A DNA stretch of 64,000 nt from an uncultured delta proteobacterium (GCA_963822965.1 CAWGJT010000013.1:32001-96000); one strand, 5' to 3'; positions 9,241 to 18,694 are shown, counted from the first letter of the stretch. Program-made: numbers and translations. Notes: generated by a model not told the origin, from the sequence alone.

Positions 9241-9405
9241 GCCCAACGGACCCGGCGCTCAGCGGCGAGCGCCGGCCGAGAAGTTGAGAACACGATCGCA
9301 GCCCCAACCCTACCACGAGCCGCCCTCGGGGCGAACGCCCCGTCTGGGCGGCGGTGACCCGGAGCCCACCAGGGGCGCTCGACCGCTGCAGCGCCGATGT
9401 TAGGC
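9241..9405 (-). mobile_element. attC site (165 bp)
   Basis: GCCTAAC-ATCGGCGCTGCAGCGGTCGAGCGCC...GGCGCTCGCCGCTGAGCGCCGGGTCC-GTTGGGC. Confidence 0.88.
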
Positions 9406-9426
9406 CGCGCGCGCTCTTGCTCGAAC

Positions 9427-9455
9427 TTGACGATATGTCTGATGTGACATAGTTT
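9427..9455 (+). promoter_or_regulatory. Sigma70-type promoter of the TA cassette with palindromic operator
   Basis: TTGACG-N17-TAGTTT; inverted repeat TATGTC-N6-GACATA (9434-9451) lies in the spacer and overlaps the -10. Confidence 0.75.
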
Positions 9456-9463
9456 CTCGCGTC

Positions 9464-9811
9464 ATGGCGGACAAGCCCCTCGTCTGGCTCGCGGGGGAGG
9501 TCAAGACGCCTCCATTCAGCCGGGAGGCGCGGATAGAGACCGGGGTGTTGCTGCGACGGTTGCAGCGAGGCGACCGGCTGGGAATGCCCAGCCTAAGACC
9601 AATGCCGAGCGTTGGGCCACGATGTGCCGAACTCCGGGTGCCTGACAAGACCGCGAACTGGCGAATCATGCTGCGGGTGGACGCAGACGCGGTCGTCATA
9701 CTCGAAGTATTCTCGAAGAAGACACGAGCGACGCCCAAGAATGTGATTGAGACGAGCCGAGAGCGGCTGCGGCGCTACGACGGTGCCGTTCAGCCCAGGA
9801 GGAAGCAATGA
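9464..9811 (+). CDS. Type II toxin, RelE/ParE superfamily (Gp49/HigB-like)
   Basis: LRRLQRG..LGMPSLRPMPSVGPRCAELRV...WRIMLR...VILEVFSKKTRATP. Confidence 0.9.
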   Translation: MADKPLVWLAGEVKTPPFSREARIETGVLLRRLQRGDRLGMPSLRPMPSVGPRCAELRVPDKTANWRIMLRVDADAVVILEVFSKKTRATPKNVIETSRERLRRYDGAVQPRRKQ

Positions 9812-10143
9812 AGACAGCCAAGCGCGAACGTGCCGAGGCAGCGGGCTGGCGAGTTGGAAGTGCGGAGGACTTCCTGGGCCTCTCGAAGGAGGAGGCCGCC
9901 TTCGTGGAGATGAAGCTAGCCTTGGCAGACAGCATACGCCGGCGACGCCAAGCCCGGAAGCTGACGCAGACGCAGCTGGCCAAGGCGATCGGGTCCAGTC
10001 AGTCCCGCGTGGCCAAGATGGAGGTTGGAGACCCGTCCGTCTCGATCGACCTTCTGATGAAGACGCTCTTGGCAATGGGAGCGAGCAGGATAGAACTTGC
10101 CAAGGTGATCTCGAGGCGCCGATCCACGACCCGCGCGGCATAA
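9808..10143 (+). CDS. XRE-family HTH antitoxin (HigA-like)
   Basis: LTQTQLAKAIGSSQSRVAKME; ATGA overlap with the toxin; the TAA stop lies inside the attC R' box. Confidence 0.9.
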   Translation: MKTAKRERAEAAGWRVGSAEDFLGLSKEEAAFVEMKLALADSIRRRRQARKLTQTQLAKAIGSSQSRVAKMEVGDPSVSIDLLMKTLLAMGASRIELAKVISRRRSTTRAA

Positions 10144-10272
10144 CGGATCGGGCTTCAGCTGCAACAGACAGCGCTGACCGTCAACGCCACGCCACAGAAG
10201 TCCCGATGCCAGAATGCTACCGAATTCAGGAACGCCCAGCTGTCTGTTGTCAGCTGCAAGCCCTTGTTAGCC
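10138..10272 (-). mobile_element. attC site (135 bp), close copy of 8309..8442
   Basis: GGCTAAC-AAGGGCTTGCAGCTGAC...GCAGCTGAAGCCCGATCC-GTTATGC. Confidence 0.92.
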
Positions 10273-10279
10273 GGCGCGC

Positions 10280-10984
10280 TCACACCACCTTCGCGTCGCG
10301 GACGTAAGCGTGAACAATGGCCGGCAGTTCGCGCACGACTCGCTCGCCTTCGCCTGGCATTACGCGGCCACATGCTGCGACGACCAGGTGCTCGAGACCG
10401 GGAAACTTGGCGCCGAGGTTGCCAAGGTTTTCCAGGTTCCTACACCGATGAACCTCAAGCCGGCGCAAGCCTGGCAACGCGGGCAAGGACTCCAGGGTCC
10501 TCGCGTTGGCCCAGTTGATCTGGAGTTCGGTGAGCGAAACGGGAAACTCAAGCTCCGAGAAGTCCTTGGTCTTGGGTCGATAGTGCCAGATATGGAGGAG
10601 CTCAAGGTTGCTGAGGGAACCCAACCCGCGATCGCGGGCCTTGGGTTCAACGATGGCCTTTCGGAGTTTCGGAAATCTGCTGAAGTCGATCGGGGGTCTC
10701 TTCGGATGAACTCCGAAGTACCGAAGGTCCTGGAGTGAGTAGAGACCATCGATATTCTTGAGGTTGATATCCCAAAGCCACACAGCCTCCAGCCATGGCA
10801 CTTCGGTGAGGAAATCGAGGTCTTGGCCAACAAAGCCGTAGCTGGGATGCCCGAGTACCCCTTTGATCCGCTTAGCCCGAACCCGTGCGACACAGTCTTC
10901 TAGCCGGTGTGAGTCAATGGCCAGACAGCTCACGTGCGCGAGGTCGTGGCTGATGTAGAAACCGTCTTCGAGTGCGATCGGCAT
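10280..10984 (-). CDS. Cassette-encoded leucine-rich-repeat protein (234 aa)
   Basis: Repeated LxxLxxLxL units (LYSLQDLRYFGV, LGSLSNLELLHI, LPALPGLRRLEVHRCRNLENL). Confidence 0.8.
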   Translation of the reverse strand: MPIALEDGFYISHDLAHVSCLAIDSHRLEDCVARVRAKRIKGVLGHPSYGFVGQDLDFLTEVPWLEAVWLWDINLKNIDGLYSLQDLRYFGVHPKRPPIDFSRFPKLRKAIVEPKARDRGLGSLSNLELLHIWHYRPKTKDFSELEFPVSLTELQINWANARTLESLPALPGLRRLEVHRCRNLENLGNLGAKFPGLEHLVVAACGRVMPGEGERVVRELPAIVHAYVRDAKVV

Positions 10985-11000
10985 AGCGTTTCGTCGCGCT

Positions 11001-11075
11001 GGCTAACTACTTATTGACCTGCGCCCCAGTCTACCGTGGATTCGGGTGAACCGAGCGCGTGTTGGCTGCATAACC
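11001..11075 (-). mobile_element. Probable attI site
   Basis: GGTCAATAAGTA-GTTAGCC precedes the first cassette; GTTAGCC is the exact complement of that cassette's R'' GGCTAAC; no attC-type palindrome upstream; a second GTT box (GTTATGC) lies about 65 bp upstream. Confidence 0.55.
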
Positions 11076-11538
11076 GGGATGCGGGGGACGTGGCTGGGGT
11101 GGGCTTTGCTCCCGGAATCCTTCACGATTCAGGCGCTCTTCCGATGGGAGCGTGCGGTTTTCGCCTGTGCGGGATTGCGCTCGATAAACCGGTGGATTCC
11201 GGGTCCTTCCAGTGGGGCACTTCGGGCCTGGGAGGGGGCTTCCGGAGCCATCACGATGGCCGTCTCGATCGGCCTTGGGCCTGGCGCGCCGGGGGCTGAA
11301 GGAACGAGGCAGAGCGGAGCATACGGGAAGGAGGAGCGGATCGGCGCGGAGCCGGGATCGCCGCTAGGGTGGGAGCGGAGGACGCGGCGTCTTCCCTCGC
11401 GCGCGGCCATGACGCTCGGATCGATGCTGACTCGATACCTTCTCCCTTCGCTCCCGGCGGGGCTTCGCAGACCTCGCGAGCCTCGGCGGCGGCTTCCGCG
11501 GACGGGGCGTCTCGTGGCTCGTCGCGGTCTCCATCGCG

Positions 11539-12915
11539 GTGGCCCCTGCGTTCGGGTGCGACGCGCCCGGGCCGAAGGCGACCGCGAAGGCCGGGGCACC
11601 GAACCTCGTGCTCATCACCCTGGACACGACGCGCGCGGACCGGCTGGGCTGCTACGGCTACGCGCGCGGTACGACGCCCGTGCTCGACGCGCTGGCGGCG
11701 CGGGGGGTGCGCTTCGGGGACGCCGTCGCCCAGGCAACGACGACCCCGCCGTCTCATGCGTCGATCCTGACGGGGCTCGATCCGCCCCGCCATGGGCTTC
11801 GCAAGCTCTACGGGCAGCGTCTCTCGGACGAGAACCTCACCCTGGCGGAGGTCCTGCAGCGGGAAGGCTATACGACGGCGGCCTTCGTGAGCGCGGTGCC
11901 GCTGCGCCACGGGGTGGGTCTCGACCAGGGCTTCGACGTCTACGACGACACCTGGGAGAAGCGCAGCCCGGACCATCCGAGCCACAACGGGATGGCGGGA
12001 GGCACCAACGAGCGGGTGCAGGCGTGGCTCGCCGAGAAGCCGGAGGCGCCGGTCTTCCTGTGGGTCCACTACTTCGACCCCCACTTCCCCTACTTCGCCC
12101 CCGAATCCTTTCGGGAGCGCTTCGGCGTGGGAAGCGTGAAGCGCGAGAATCTTCCGCTGCCCACCGACACCAACCGCGAGCCGGCTCCGGGCAAGACGGT
12201 GTGGCACCCGAAGCCCCGGATGGTGGAGCGCATGTCGAGCCTCTACGACGCAGAGATCGCCTACATGGATGCAGCCGTCGGCGAGCTGCTGGACAGTCTC
12301 CGCGCGGCGGGGCTGCTCGAGAACAGCGTGATCGCGGTGGTGGCCGACCACGGCGAGCAGCTGGGCGAGGGCGGCTACTACTTCGGCCACTGGGACGTCC
12401 TGGACCAGACGGCCCACGTTCCGATGCTGCTCGTCGCCTCCGACGGTCGCTATGCGGGACGGGTGGTCCCCGACACTGTGGGAAGCGTCGACCTGATGCC
12501 CACCGTGCTGGCGTGGCTGGGCGTCGAGGCGCCGCCCGGCCTCGACGGCATCGACCTCTCGCCGCTGCTCGCGGGCGAGAAGGTGGCGCCCCGCACCTAC
12601 TACACCGAGCAGCTCGATTTCTTTCCGGTGCGCGCCGTCCGCGACGGGGACTGGATGCTGCGCCAGGGCGCTCACCGCCTGCAGCGGATCGAGGACGGCA
12701 CCATCCGGCTGGCTCCCAGGACCGCGCCCGCCCCGAGCGAAGCCGCGCCGCCCGGCCCGGAGACGCAATCACGCCTCCAGCGGGCGCTCGACGCATTCGC
12801 CTCTCCGGCCGACGCGCATCCGAGCGAGACCCTGGGGCTCTCCGACGAGGTGCGCGCCGAGCTGCAGGCCCTGGGGTACAGCGACGAGGGGGACGACGCG
12901 GCGCCCGAGCCCTGA
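11539..12915 (+). CDS. Sulfatase-family (AlkP superfamily) protein, probably a lipoprotein; true start uncertain
   Basis: PNLVLITLDTTRADRLG, TTPPSHASILTG, WVHYFDPH, YDAEIAYMD, ADHGE, LQALGY. Confidence 0.85.
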   Translation: MAPAFGCDAPGPKATAKAGAPNLVLITLDTTRADRLGCYGYARGTTPVLDALAARGVRFGDAVAQATTTPPSHASILTGLDPPRHGLRKLYGQRLSDENLTLAEVLQREGYTTAAFVSAVPLRHGVGLDQGFDVYDDTWEKRSPDHPSHNGMAGGTNERVQAWLAEKPEAPVFLWVHYFDPHFPYFAPESFRERFGVGSVKRENLPLPTDTNREPAPGKTVWHPKPRMVERMSSLYDAEIAYMDAAVGELLDSLRAAGLLENSVIAVVADHGEQLGEGGYYFGHWDVLDQTAHVPMLLVASDGRYAGRVVPDTVGSVDLMPTVLAWLGVEAPPGLDGIDLSPLLAGEKVAPRTYYTEQLDFFPVRAVRDGDWMLRQGAHRLQRIEDGTIRLAPRTAPAPSEAAPPGPETQSRLQRALDAFASPADAHPSETLGLSDEVRAELQALGYSDEGDDAAPEP

Positions 12916-12954
12916 GCGCGGGCGCGGCGGGGAAACGGGTGAACCGGCTCGCGA

Positions 12955-13803
12955 TCAGCCGCGGGCGGCGTCCTTCCGGCGGGCGGCCCGCACCTGCCTT
13001 GCGGCGGCGGGACGCGGCGGCGGCCGCAACGCCGTCGCCAGCACGTGCCAGGCCGCGCGATAGATCTCCGGCGAATCGATCTTCGAGCTGCCCGAGCGGC
13101 GATTCTCGAAGACGATGGGGATCTCGCCGACGCGGAATCCGCAGCGGCACACCCGGAAGGCCATCTCCTCGAGGAACGAGTAGCCCGAAGCCTTGATGCC
13201 GAAGGGCTCGACGGTCTCGAGCACCTCGGCCGAGTAGCAGCGGAAGCCCGCCGTGCAGTCGCGCACCGGCAGCCGCAGCAGGGCGCGGGCGTAGAAGTTC
13301 GCGAAGGCCGACAGCACGCGGCGAAAGAGCGGCCAGTTCTCGATGCCGCCACCGGGCACGTAGCGCGAGCCGATCACCACGTCGTAGCGGTCCATGGCTT
13401 CTAGCATCTGCGGGATGTAGCGCGGGTTGTGGCTGAAGTCGGCGTCCATGGTGAAGATCTGGTCGAAGCTCTGGTCGAGCCCGTAGCGGAATCCCGCGAG
13501 GTAGGCGGTCCCGAGGCCGAGCTTGCCGGGGCGCCGCAGCAGGTGCAGACGCGGCTCGATCCAGGCGCGCTCGGCCACGATCTCGCCCGTCCCGTCCGGG
13601 CTGTTGTCGTCGACGACGAGCACCTCGATGCCCGGCGCCACGGCGAGCACCGCCTCGCACAGGGGGAGGATGTTCTCCGCTTCGTCGTAGGTGGGCAGCA
13701 CGACGAGCGACCGTCGCTGGTCGGCGGGGGGCCGGGCGACAGACCGCACCGGGACGTCTGCGCCGGGGGGCGGGGCGGTCGGATCGGCGGGCGGGGGGGA
13801 CAA
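12955..13803 (-). CDS. GT2 polyprenol-phosphate glycosyl (mannose) synthase, DPM1/Ppm1-like
   Basis: VVLPTYDE, VVDDNSPDGT, KLGLGTAY, MDADFSH, IGSRYVPGG, DCTAGFRCY. Confidence 0.9.
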   Translation of the reverse strand: MSPPPADPTAPPPGADVPVRSVARPPADQRRSLVVLPTYDEAENILPLCEAVLAVAPGIEVLVVDDNSPDGTGEIVAERAWIEPRLHLLRRPGKLGLGTAYLAGFRYGLDQSFDQIFTMDADFSHNPRYIPQMLEAMDRYDVVIGSRYVPGGGIENWPLFRRVLSAFANFYARALLRLPVRDCTAGFRCYSAEVLETVEPFGIKASGYSFLEEMAFRVCRCGFRVGEIPIVFENRRSGSSKIDSPEIYRAAWHVLATALRPPPRPAAARQVRAARRKDAARG

Positions 13804-13967
13804 GCGCGACTTCGACCTCGAGGTCCGAGAGGGCTTCGCAGCCTATCAGGTCCCGCGCGCCAAGTGAAGCCGATCGAAGAAGCCGCGCAGGGTCGCTCGA
13901 CGGCCCGATTCCGGTGCCCGGGGGCGGGCATCGGGGGCCCGGCTGCCGCCCGGAGAGGGGTTCTGAG

Positions 13968-14861
13968 CTAGGACGATCGCGGACGCGCCACCACGAAGAG
14001 GCGGTTCTCCAGGTGCGTCCAGCGGGCTACCACGAAGAGCGATTCGAGCACGAGGCGCATGAAGGGCGAGAGGGTGAGCCGGCGCAGGTCGGTGAGCTCG
14101 CGCTCCATGCGGGTCACCTCGAAGCCCGCTCGCTCGAGCGCCCGGCCCAGGGTGTCGGGCGTGAAGTAGAGGAAGTGCTGCTCGATGTAGAACTTCTCGA
14201 GGGCGCTCGTCGCCCGGCCGCCCGAGAGCCGATAGAAGGCGCCGGCCACCACGTCGAGGATGCTCTTCTGGTTGGGGGTGGAGAGCGCCACGTAGCCGCC
14301 CGGCGCGAGACAGGCGCGCATGGCGTCGAGCACGTCCAGGGGCTTGCGGGCGTGCTCGATGATGTCCCAGCCCGTGATGGCGTCGAAGCGCCGTCCCTCC
14401 GCGTGGAAGTCCTGGAAGTCGCCCACCCAGACGTCGAGCCCGAAGTGCTCACGCGCGTGCTTCGTGGCCTCCACGCTGTCGTCGATGCCGAAGGGCTGCC
14501 AGCCGCGGCGGCGCGCCACCGAGAGGAAGAGCCCCGTCCCGCAGCCCACGTCCAGCAGCGTGCCCGGGGCGCGGTGCGCCTCCAGCTTGTCGAGCCAGCT
14601 CTCGTAGAGCTGCACGAGGGGATTGCCCGGCTCGTCGTCGTAGCAATAGGCGTAGTAGCTCTTCAGCTCGGGCACCGAGCCCTCGCCCGACGTGTAGAGC
14701 CTGGCGAACATCTCGCGAATCTCGTCTGGCGAGAGCAGCGGGTAGAGATAGATCTGGGTGCAGGCGCGACACCGCAGCACCTGGAAGCGGGTGATCCGGT
14801 AACGGAGCTCGGGCGCCTCGTCCCCGCAGATGGGGCATCGCGGGGGGCTGTCGTCGGTCAC
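13968..14861 (-). CDS. Class I SAM-dependent methyltransferase with N-terminal Zn ribbon
   Basis: CPICG...CRAC; LLDVGCGTG; WDIIEH. Confidence 0.85.
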   Translation of the reverse strand: MTDDSPPRCPICGDEAPELRYRITRFQVLRCRACTQIYLYPLLSPDEIREMFARLYTSGEGSVPELKSYYAYCYDDEPGNPLVQLYESWLDKLEAHRAPGTLLDVGCGTGLFLSVARRRGWQPFGIDDSVEATKHAREHFGLDVWVGDFQDFHAEGRRFDAITGWDIIEHARKPLDVLDAMRACLAPGGYVALSTPNQKSILDVVAGAFYRLSGGRATSALEKFYIEQHFLYFTPDTLGRALERAGFEVTRMERELTDLRRLTLSPFMRLVLESLFVVARWTHLENRLFVVARPRSS

Positions 14862-14866
14862 GGCGC

Positions 14867-17119
14867 TCAGTCTGCCACAGCGCCCGAAGCGCCACCAAGC
14901 CGCACGATGCGGGGCTCGGCGAAGCCGCCGACCAGGAGCGACTCGCCTGCCGGCGCGCTCACCGAGACCGAAAGCTCGAGCCAGGCGTCGCTTCCCGCCC
15001 AGGCGTCGAGGGGCACGTCGACGTCGAACCAGCGCCGGTCGGCGAGCTCGTGATGGGGATCGAGCACCCGCTCGTAGACGACCTCGCGCCGCGGCGCTTC
15101 GGCCGGAGCAGCGGACCGACCCACGAGGGCGATCTCGAAGCGCGTCTCGAAGGAGGGCAGCGCGAACCACATGGCCGGGTGCACGCCCACCGCGGTCCGA
15201 AGCACGTCGCCGGGCTCGGGAGAGAGGGGCACCCGGAAGACCGTCCGCGAGCCGAACGGCGCGGGGCGCAGGGCGAGGGTGCGGCGGAAGGGCCAGGCGG
15301 CGCGCTGCACGTAGCCGGTAGCGGCGTCCGGCAGCACCGCGTCGGGCGGTCCGTCGTCCGGGGCCAGCCACAGGCTGGTCTCCGCCCAGGCGGCGTCCAG
15401 CAGGGGCGAGCTGCGCTCGGGCTCCGCGCTGCGCACGAGACCCGCCAGCCGGAACCCCGAAGCGTCGTAGCTGAAGACGCGCACGATCTCGAAGTGATCG
15501 ACGAGATAGCCGAAGAGCTCGGGCGCGTACTCGTCCATGCGCGGGAAGGTGCTGAACTGGGTGAAGTTGTAGACGCCCACCCGGGTTCCCTTGCGCTCCA
15601 TGGAGTCGATGATGCGGCGGTCGCGGTCTTCGAACTCAGGGAAGGGCCAGACGATGTACGCCGAGCGGTCGGGGCCGGGCCGGTCCGCCAGGAAGTGCAC
15701 GATGGGGAAGTAGGGCACCACCGCCACCGTCTCGTCCGGCGCGGTCTCCGCCTGCATGAACGCCGTCACGTCGTCCAGCATCGCAGCCTCGCTGGGGCGC
15801 ACCCGGATACCGGCCCGCGGCAGGTCCACCAGGGTGTCGTTCTCCTCGCGCAGCAGCACGTAGCCGCGCGCCGTGTAGCCCAGCACCGCGGCCACCGGCA
15901 GCAGCAGCAGGAGGGCCAGCGTCACGGCCGCTCCCCGATGCGAGCGCCAGAGGTCCACCGCGTACACCACGGCGAGGCAGATCATCGGCCACACGAGCAC
16001 CGCCACGTGCAGGAAGTCCTGGGGGCGGTTCACAGTGAGGAGCAGCACGAAGGCCGCCGTGAAGCCGGCCAGCAGCACCTCGGCGGCGAAGCGCGGCGCC
16101 TTTGCGGCGTCGCGCAGGCGCGCGCGCAGCCACACCACCCGCGCGAGCGCGAAGCCCGCGAACGCGTACGGCCCCCAGTAGAAGAGCTTCAGCGCCACGT
16201 CGTAGACGTAGCTCTCCCGGAAGAGGACGTTCTGCCGCAGGCTCTCGAGATCGACGGTGGTGACGATCCCGGGAAAGAAGGCGAAGACGCCGGACTGGGT
16301 GCGGATCGCCGGGTCCTGGGCGAAGAGCGGGAAGAGCCGGGGATAGGTGCTGTACTCGAAGCTGCCGATGCCGCGCAGGTGGTTGAGGATCGTCTGCTGC
16401 AGCAGGTCGGGCAGCACGCCCTGCCAGGCGAACCACGCCCCCACGCACGCGCCGACGGCCGCACCGGCGCCCACGAAGACCGCCAGCGGGCGCCACACGG
16501 GCAGCCCCCGCGCGCGCTCGGCGGCCGCCAGGGTGGCCCCCAGCACGACGAGCGCCGCCGCCCCGTAGTCCTGCTTGCAGTACACGCCGAGCCCGAAGAG
16601 CACGCCCGCCGCGGCCACCCAGCCCGTGCGGCGCACGTCCAGGAAACGCAGCAGGCACAGGCTGGCGGCCAGCACCAGCAGGAGCGACGTGGTCGAGTAG
16701 CTGTAGACCTGCCAGTGCGGAAACGCCCAGACGCGATAGGTCAGCAGGCCGAGCACGGCGACGAGGGCAGCGCGCCCGGAGACGAGACGCCGCATCAGCA
16801 GGAAGACCATCGCGACGAAGACGGCGAACTCGAGGGTCACCACCCAGCGCGAGACGAGGATGGAGGTGCCGAAGAGCCGGAAGATCTGGGCCAGGGCGTA
16901 GAAGGCGCCGGGCAGGGGGTAGAGGGTGGCGTCGCGGTAGAGCTCGCCGCCCTTCGCGACGATGTCCGCGAAGAGCAGCACGTGCCCCTCGTCCATGTGG
17001 CTGAACCAGCGATCGAAGATCGGCAGCTGGAAGGCGAGGGTGCCGGCGGCGACGAGCGCCGCCTCGACCAGGAGGCGCCCGCTGCCAGGCTCCGCGCGCG
17101 TGTCCCGATCCGCCGTCAA
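14867..17119 (-). CDS. GT-C (ArnT/PMT-like) membrane glycosyltransferase
   Basis: Multi-TM protein with HMDEGH...GELYRD...YPLPG first loop and YCKQDYG; TTG start is approximate. Confidence 0.7.
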   Translation of the reverse strand: MTADRDTRAEPGSGRLLVEAALVAAGTLAFQLPIFDRWFSHMDEGHVLLFADIVAKGGELYRDATLYPLPGAFYALAQIFRLFGTSILVSRWVVTLEFAVFVAMVFLLMRRLVSGRAALVAVLGLLTYRVWAFPHWQVYSYSTTSLLLVLAASLCLLRFLDVRRTGWVAAAGVLFGLGVYCKQDYGAAALVVLGATLAAAERARGLPVWRPLAVFVGAGAAVGACVGAWFAWQGVLPDLLQQTILNHLRGIGSFEYSTYPRLFPLFAQDPAIRTQSGVFAFFPGIVTTVDLESLRQNVLFRESYVYDVALKLFYWGPYAFAGFALARVVWLRARLRDAAKAPRFAAEVLLAGFTAAFVLLLTVNRPQDFLHVAVLVWPMICLAVVYAVDLWRSHRGAAVTLALLLLLPVAAVLGYTARGYVLLREENDTLVDLPRAGIRVRPSEAAMLDDVTAFMQAETAPDETVAVVPYFPIVHFLADRPGPDRSAYIVWPFPEFEDRDRRIIDSMERKGTRVGVYNFTQFSTFPRMDEYAPELFGYLVDHFEIVRVFSYDASGFRLAGLVRSAEPERSSPLLDAAWAETSLWLAPDDGPPDAVLPDAATGYVQRAAWPFRRTLALRPAPFGSRTVFRVPLSPEPGDVLRTAVGVHPAMWFALPSFETRFEIALVGRSAAPAEAPRREVVYERVLDPHHELADRRWFDVDVPLDAWAGSDAWLELSVSVSAPAGESLLVGGFAEPRIVRLGGASGAVAD

Positions 17120-17244
17120 GGCTCCCTTTCGATTCTCGGTCCCGAGTCCGCTGCCGACCTCTGCGTTCGGCTTCGACCGGCTCGCGCGCGAATCTACCCC
17201 AGGCTCGATTGTCGAGCCGGGGTGGCTATCATGCGCGTCGACCC

Positions 17245-18694
17245 ATGACCCGCCGCCACGCCGAGCCTCTTCGCGGCCCCGCCGTGCGCCGCCGCTGGCT
17301 CGCGAAGGCGTTCGTCGTGAGCCTCGCTCTCGGCCTCGCATCGACGACCGGCTGCCGGGAGGCGCGGCATCCCGGGCGCGTGCTGCTCGTCGGCGTCGAC
17401 GGCGCCTCCATGCGGGTCGTGGGCCCGATGCTCGAGGCCGGCCGTCTGCCGCACTTCGCGGACCTCGCGCGCCGCGGCGTCCACGGCACCCTCCGCTCCC
17501 AGCATCCCATCGATTCGCCGCCGGTGTGGAACACCATCGTGACCGGCATGCCGCCCCGCGTGCACGGCATCCCGAGCTTCGCCTACACGGGGGACGACGG
17601 CGCGAAGCACCTCTATCTCTCCACCGACCGCAAGGTGCCCGCCATCTGGAGCATCCTCTCGAATGCGGGCTTCTCGGTGGGCGTGGTCGACTTCTGGAAC
17701 ACCTACCCGCCCGACCGCGTCGACGGCGTGATGATCAGCGACCACGTGCTGGCTCGCGAGATCGAGGGACGCGCGCTGATCACCCACGCGCCGCCGCCAC
17801 ACGTGGGCACCACGGTCTATCCCGTCGAGTGGGCCGAGCGCATCGAGACGATCCTCGACGACCACGAGCCCCTGACCCACGTCCCGAACCCCTTCCTGGA
17901 CAACCACGCGCTGCCGAAGTGGGTGCTCGTCGACGACCTCGTCCGGCGCTACGAGGAGGACGGCGCCCTCGCGCGCATCACCCTGGCCATCGAGCACGAC
18001 GTACGACCCGATCTGCTGATGGTGCTGCTGCCGGGGGTCGACCGCGTGCAGCACCATCTGTGGGGAAACCTCGAGCCGCCGGAGCTCTATCCGCCGCGGC
18101 TGCGGCCCGAGCCCGCAGCCCGGGCCGCGGGCGTCGCGGCCCTGCAGAGCTACTACGAGTACGTGGACGAGATCCTGGGCCTGCTGATGGCCGACTTCGG
18201 GCCCGACGACCTGGTGATGGTGATCTCCGACCACGGATTCGAGGCCGGCACCGCCCTCATGTACCTGACGGGCAAGCACGAGAGCGACGCCGCCATCGAG
18301 GGCATCTTCTTCGCCGCGGGGCGTGGCGTGGGCCCGGCAGGCGGCGATTCGCGCGGCGCCCAGGTGAAGGACGTGACGCCCACCCTGCTCGCCTGGTTCG
18401 GGCTGCCCGTCGCCGAGGACATGGAAGGCCGGCCGCTGCCCTTCTTCGACGCCTCGAGAGACGTGCAGCACGTGGCGAGCTACGCCGACACCCCCGTCGA
18501 GAAGGTGACCACCGAGCCCTCCGGCGCCGAGGACGACATCATCGAGCGCCTGCGCATGATCGGCTATCTCGAAGAGCCGGAGGAAGGCGCGCCGGCGACG
18601 CCGCCCGACGGGGGAGCCGCTGCCCCGCCGCGCTTCTCCTCCGGACGCTTCTCCTCCGGACGCTTCTCCTCCGGACGCTTCTCCTCCGGAATAG
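17245..18694 (+). CDS. AlkP-superfamily phosphodiesterase/nucleotide pyrophosphatase-like lipoprotein (3' end affected by an indel near 18630)
   Basis: VLLVGVDGAS, DSPPVWNTIVTG, GVDRVQH, ISDHGF, DVTPTLL, LRMIGYL; the stop TAG at 18692 is reached only after a frame correction. Confidence 0.8.

Larger units (their letters stand above)
8309..11075 (-). mobile_element. Integron cassette array lacking an integrase (CALIN-like) with probable attI
   Basis: Four attC sites separate short ORFs; cassette start and end boxes are complementary; GC is visibly lower than in the flanks; no tyrosine recombinase ORF is present in the window. Confidence 0.88.

Noticed and set aside
8309..10272. CRISPR array or structured ncRNA suggested by the repeated 135-bp palindromes
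   Set aside because: The repeats are too long, are separated by whole genes, and have attC R and L boxes.
11075..11540. intI remnant next to the putative attI
   Set aside because: No recognisable integrase motifs in any frame; the ORFs here look like GC-rich noise.
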